Below are positions 35,144-38,382 of a stretch of 38,382 nucleotides of DNA, piece after piece; position 1 is the first letter of the stretch, and each line of letters begins with the position of its first letter. The notes under the pieces are model-generated. The model made no database searches. It saw nothing but the letters and a program-made list of their open reading frames with translations, and had not been told where the DNA came from. The stretch is from the NCBI GenBank assembly GCA_038234045.1, contig JBBSUX010000001.1:1-38382 (forward strand). Direction: 5' to 3'. The DNA is from Burkholderiales bacterium. GTDB lineage: Bacteria; Pseudomonadota; Gammaproteobacteria; Burkholderiales; Burkholderiaceae_C. The position numbers were made by a program, and so were the translations under genes.

Positions 35144-37642
35144 TTAATTTCTGACTGGCTTGCCCGTGCTCAACATCCCCATAATCCGCTCCTGCGTCTT
35201 GGGATGTTCGATAAGCGCGCAGAACGCCTTGCGCTCCAGCGCCATCAGGTATTCCTCCGTCACCAGCGTGCCGGCATCCACATCACCGCCGCACATCACA
35301 TCGGCGATCAACCCCGCAATGTGAAAGTCGTGTGCGCTGATGAAACCGCCGTCACGCATGTTCACCAGCTGGCCGCGGATGGTGGCAGCGCCGCTGCGGC
35401 CCACCACTGGAAAGCTGCGGCGCACCGGCGGGCGGTAGCCGGCATCCGCCATAGCGTGCACCTGGGCCAGCGCCACATGCAGAAGTTCATCCACATGCGG
35501 CACGATGATGTCGCTCTCCAGCAGATAGCCGAGCTTTTTCGATTCGAGCGCGCTGGTGCCAACCTTCGCCATGGCGGCCGCCGTAAAACCTTCTGTGAGA
35601 AACGGCAGGATGTCCTTGCCCGTAGAGGCGGCTGCGTTCTCTGCGGCGCGGCGCGCAATGTAGGCAAGTCCGCCGGCGCCCGGCACCAAACCCACGCCCA
35701 CTTCGACCAAGCCGATGTAGCTCTCCATCGCCACGACCCGCCGGGCTGAATACACCGCCATCTCGCAGCCGCCACCAAGCGCCAAGCCACGTACGGCAGA
35801 CACTACGGGCACCGCCGCGTAGCGCAGCTTGAGCATGGTTTGTTGCAGCTCGTGCTCGGCACCCTCAACAGCAGAAACGCCCGCCACCATGAAGGCCGGC
35901 AGCATCGCCTGCAGATCCGCACCCGCCGAGAACATGCTGTCGGGCGACCAGATTACGAGGCCGCTGTAATCGCGCTCGGCCAGATGGACTGCCTTGGCAA
36001 GCCCTTCGGCCACATCGGGGCTGATGGCGTGCATCTTGGTTTTGATGCTGGCGATGAGCACCTCGCCAACACCCGGCCCGGCCGCGCCGGTCGCATCTGT
36101 CGCAGCGGTCGACTGCGTGCCCTGCAAAGTCCAGAGCCGAATGGCGCGGTCTTCAAATACCGTGGTCCCGGCAGTCTTAGCACTGGCCGCGCCAGAACCG
36201 AGTACCGTCTCGGGGAACAACTGGCGCGCATGCACTGGCAACACGCGCTGGGCAATGAACTTGCCAGCTGCCGCGCTCCAAGAGCCCTGCGGCGTGTGCA
36301 CACCACCGGCCTCGGCAACCGGGCCTTCGAACACCCACTTTGGCAGCGGCGCTGTGGAAAGCGCCTCGCCCTTGTCGATGTCTTCCTGCACCATCTTTGC
36401 CACATTGAGCCAGCCGGCTTCCTGCCAGAGTTCGAACGGGCCCTGCTTCATGCCGAAGCCGCGGCGCATGGCGAAATCAACATCGCGCGCTGTTTCTGCA
36501 ATGGTGGCCAGATGCACGGCGGCATAGTGAAAACTGTCGCGCAGGATCGCCCAGATGAACCGGCCTTGCGCGCCCTCGCTTTCGCGCAGCAGCTTCAGCC
36601 GCTCACCAGCGGGCTTTTTCAGCATGCGCAGATAGACCTCATCGGCCTTGCCGTCAGCAGGCACGTATTCGCCGCTTGAGAGGTCGAAGCGCAGGATGTC
36701 GCGCCCGACCTTCTTGAAGAAACCAGCTTTGGTTTTTTGCCCGAGCTGCTTCAGATCCAGCAGCTTGGCGAGCACCTCGGGCGTGCCATAGCTGCCGTAG
36801 AACGGATCGTATTTGCCAGCGCCGGCTGACTCGTCAGCGCTTAGATTGTCTTGCAGTGTCTTGACGACGTGGGCCAGCGTATCGAGACCCACCACATCGG
36901 CTGTTCGGAAAGTGCCAGAGCTGGCGCGCCCGAGATTCTTGCCGGTAAGCGCGTCCACCACATCAACGCTGAGGCCGAACTTTTCCGCCTCTTTCATCGT
37001 CGCCAGCATGCCGGCGATGCCGACACGGTTGGCAATGAAATTGGGGGTGTCGTGCGCGCGCACCACGCCCTTGCCGAGCGCGCTGGTGACGAAGGTTTCC
37101 AGATCATCGAGCACGTCTTCGCCCGTGGCGGGCGTGTCAATCAATTCCACCAAGGCCATGTAGCGCGGCGGATTGAAGAAGTGGATGCCGCAGAAGCGCG
37201 GCTTCAGCGCGTCGGGCAATGCATCGCTCAATGCGGTGATCGAAAGCCCGGAGGTGTTCGACGCCAGGATGGCGTGCGGCGCAACGTGCGACGCAATCTT
37301 TTGATACAGATCGCGCTTCCAATCCATGCGCTCCGCAATCGCCTCGATCACCAGATCGCATTCACCGAGCAAGGCCAGATCGTCTTCGTAATTGGCCTGC
37401 TGAATCAGCCCCGCATCTTCCGGCACGCCAAGTGGAGCGGGCTTCAGCTTCTTCAAACCTTCCACCGCTTTGGCGACGATGCCGTTACGCGCCGCGCCTT
37501 CAGCCAGCTTGCCTTCCTTGTCCTTGGCTGCCAGATCGAACAGCACCACCGGCACCCGCACGTTGACGAGGTGCGCGGCAATCTGCGCGCCCATGACACC
37601 CGCGCCCAGTACGGCGACTTTCTTCACGATGAATCGAGACAT
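35144..37642 (-). CDS. fused 3-hydroxyacyl-CoA dehydrogenase (N-terminal) / enoyl-CoA hydratase (C-terminal), FadN-type order
   Basis: VAVLGAGVMGAQIAAHL Rossmann motif at the N-terminus, HADH C-domain repeats, and a crotonase fold at the C-terminus (VVSAVRGLALGGGCEMAVY). Confidence 0.95.
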   Translation of the reverse strand: MSRFIVKKVAVLGAGVMGAQIAAHLVNVRVPVVLFDLAAKDKEGKLAEGAARNGIVAKAVEGLKKLKPAPLGVPEDAGLIQQANYEDDLALLGECDLVIEAIAERMDWKRDLYQKIASHVAPHAILASNTSGLSITALSDALPDALKPRFCGIHFFNPPRYMALVELIDTPATGEDVLDDLETFVTSALGKGVVRAHDTPNFIANRVGIAGMLATMKEAEKFGLSVDVVDALTGKNLGRASSGTFRTADVVGLDTLAHVVKTLQDNLSADESAGAGKYDPFYGSYGTPEVLAKLLDLKQLGQKTKAGFFKKVGRDILRFDLSSGEYVPADGKADEVYLRMLKKPAGERLKLLRESEGAQGRFIWAILRDSFHYAAVHLATIAETARDVDFAMRRGFGMKQGPFELWQEAGWLNVAKMVQEDIDKGEALSTAPLPKWVFEGPVAEAGGVHTPQGSWSAAAGKFIAQRVLPVHARQLFPETVLGSGAASAKTAGTTVFEDRAIRLWTLQGTQSTAATDATGAAGPGVGEVLIASIKTKMHAISPDVAEGLAKAVHLAERDYSGLVIWSPDSMFSAGADLQAMLPAFMVAGVSAVEGAEHELQQTMLKLRYAAVPVVSAVRGLALGGGCEMAVYSARRVVAMESYIGLVEVGVGLVPGAGGLAYIARRAAENAAASTGKDILPFLTEGFTAAAMAKVGTSALESKKLGYLLESDIIVPHVDELLHVALAQVHAMADAGYRPPVRRSFPVVGRSGAATIRGQLVNMRDGGFISAHDFHIAGLIADVMCGGDVDAGTLVTEEYLMALERKAFCALIEHPKTQERIMGMLSTGKPVRN

Positions 37643-37790
37643 GTTGTGAGATTTCCTTCATCCGACCGGCTACAGCACCGGCTCTAGGTATTCAATCGAG
37701 AACACCGCCGGGCCGGCTTCGCCGGACGGCTGGTGTTGCCCCCCTGAAAGGGGGTTGGCGAAGCGACACGCAGTGCGCGAAGACTGGGGG

Positions 37791-38222
37791 TTAGTTTCTA
37801 GCCCAGGTCTGGGTCCGCCAGAACGGCCCCAGGTAACCGCGCACTTCGAGCTTCTTGCCGCCGCCGATAGGCGTGTAGCTCGCGCGGTACTCCTTGCCGT
37901 TTTCAGGGTCGAGGATCTTTCCGCCCTCCCACACATCGCGGCCATCGGCCTTCTTGCCACCGCGGATGATTTCCATCCCGACCACCGGTTCATTCTTGCG
38001 GTCATCGCTGCATTCCGTGCAGCGCAGCGCTGGATCGGCGCCCTTGCGAAGCAGGGCATCCACCTTGCCGCTCAGCGCACCGTCACGCTCGGTGATGGTG
38101 ATTTGCGACTTCGGCTCACCGGTACTTTCGTCAACGCTGCGCCAGGTTCCGACGGGCGTCATTTGCGCAAAGGCCGGCACCGATATCACTATTGCAACTG
38201 TAGCTAGTAGCGCTTTCAGCAT
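37791..38222 (-). CDS. DUF2147 domain-containing secreted protein
   Basis: Signal peptide MLKALLATVAIVISVPAFAQ. GTWRS.D..TGEPKS.I.I and GKILDPENGKEYR....L....LEVRGY..PF.RTQTW signature. GAGGAG SD upstream. Confidence 0.85.
   Translation of the reverse strand: MLKALLATVAIVISVPAFAQMTPVGTWRSVDESTGEPKSQITITERDGALSGKVDALLRKGADPALRCTECSDDRKNEPVVGMEIIRGGKKADGRDVWEGGKILDPENGKEYRASYTPIGGGKKLEVRGYLGPFWRTQTWARN
38200..38215. repeat. 16-mer GTAGCTAGTAGCGCTT, copy 2 (inside the DUF2147 signal-peptide codons)
   Basis: Exact match to 17082-17097, read directly. Confidence 0.5.
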
Positions 38223-38281
38223 ATGCGGTCGCTCCTCTTTTTACTATGAATTTTGGCGTGACGAGAACCTGCGGATGATGA

Positions 38282-38382
38282 TCAGGCGAAGATCGCTTCG
38301 GTATCCATCAGCGGCCGGGCTCCGGCGCGGGCGGTGCGCATCAGCATTGCAGTTTCGGGGAGCAGCTTGGCAAAGTAGAAAC
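38282..38382 (-). CDS. C-terminal end of a large acyl-CoA dehydrogenase (rest lies outside the window)
   Basis: Reverse translation reads ...FYFAKLLPETAMLMRTARAGARPLMDTEAIFA*, the characteristic tail of the roughly 600-aa FadE-like dehydrogenases. Confidence 0.7.
   Translation of the reverse strand, partial: FYFAKLLPETAMLMRTARAGARPLMDTEAIFA

Noticed and set aside
33507-35749. 393-aa and 353-aa + strand ORFs (33507-34688, 34688-35749)
   Set aside because: Antisense to the thiolase, DUF559 and fadB-like genes. Shadow frames of very GC-rich coding sequence.
37739-37758. CCCCCC-TGAAA-GGGGG-TTGG hairpin in the DUF2147-fadB spacer, superficially like the DUF559 flanking repeat
   Set aside because: Only a 5-6-bp C/G stem is shared. 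The flanks do not align with the 34-nt repeat. Most simply a weak terminator-like hairpin.
1-38382. Search by eye for CRISPR arrays, tRNA/tmRNA, IS transposases, integrases, toxin-antitoxin pairs and known defence genes
   Set aside because: No regularly spaced direct repeats, no tRNA-like T-arm sequences in any spacer, and no ORF with transposase, integrase or defence-system motifs. Absence is by inspection only and should be confirmed with tRNAscan, ISfinder and defence-system profile searches.

Overview
High-G+C chromosomal segment that reads like a Burkholderiales (Comamonadaceae-type) betaproteobacterium. That assignment is inferred from composition, gene content and synteny only; no search was run. 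I can support about 34 protein genes, one RNase P RNA gene, one decayed GNAT gene and a few regulatory or repeat elements. I saw no tRNA, rRNA, CRISPR array or IS transposase. Left to right: dapF (partial), creA and a GMC oxidoreductase. Next is a tightly coupled + strand run of GT2 glycosyltransferase / ACAD-fold flavoprotein / PIG-L deacetylase / NodS-like methyltransferase, followed by a Nudix-MBL fusion and an S4/pseudouridine-synthase-like gene. Then comes an Fe(III) ABC importer plus TonB-dependent receptor block with visibly AT-richer third codon positions, the GNAT relic and rnpB. After that: a COG2509-type FAD protein with a flavin reductase, ProQ/FinO, htpX, DUF3025, pyrC, gltJKL-type ABC genes with no binding-protein gene, a LysR regulator and an Atm1-type ABC exporter. 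The window ends in a beta-oxidation neighbourhood: YciA-like thioesterase, enoyl-CoA hydratase, TesB-like thioesterase, MFS, thiolase, HADH/ECH fusion, DUF2147 and an acyl-CoA dehydrogenase tail. Most worth a second look: (1) the GT2/ACAD-fold/PIG-L/methyltransferase cassette, whose product I cannot name; (2) a DUF559 endonuclease-like ORF bracketed by 34-nt inverted repeats, wedged between the fadB-like and fadA-like genes; (3) a pseudouridine-synthase homologue whose catalytic GRLD motif reads TPLE; (4) a ~600-nt ORF-free gap where a glutamate/aspartate binding-protein gene would be expected; (5) a 20-bp strand-specific helix upstream of the FAD-protein gene. All functional calls come from reading motifs by eye and need a homology search to confirm.
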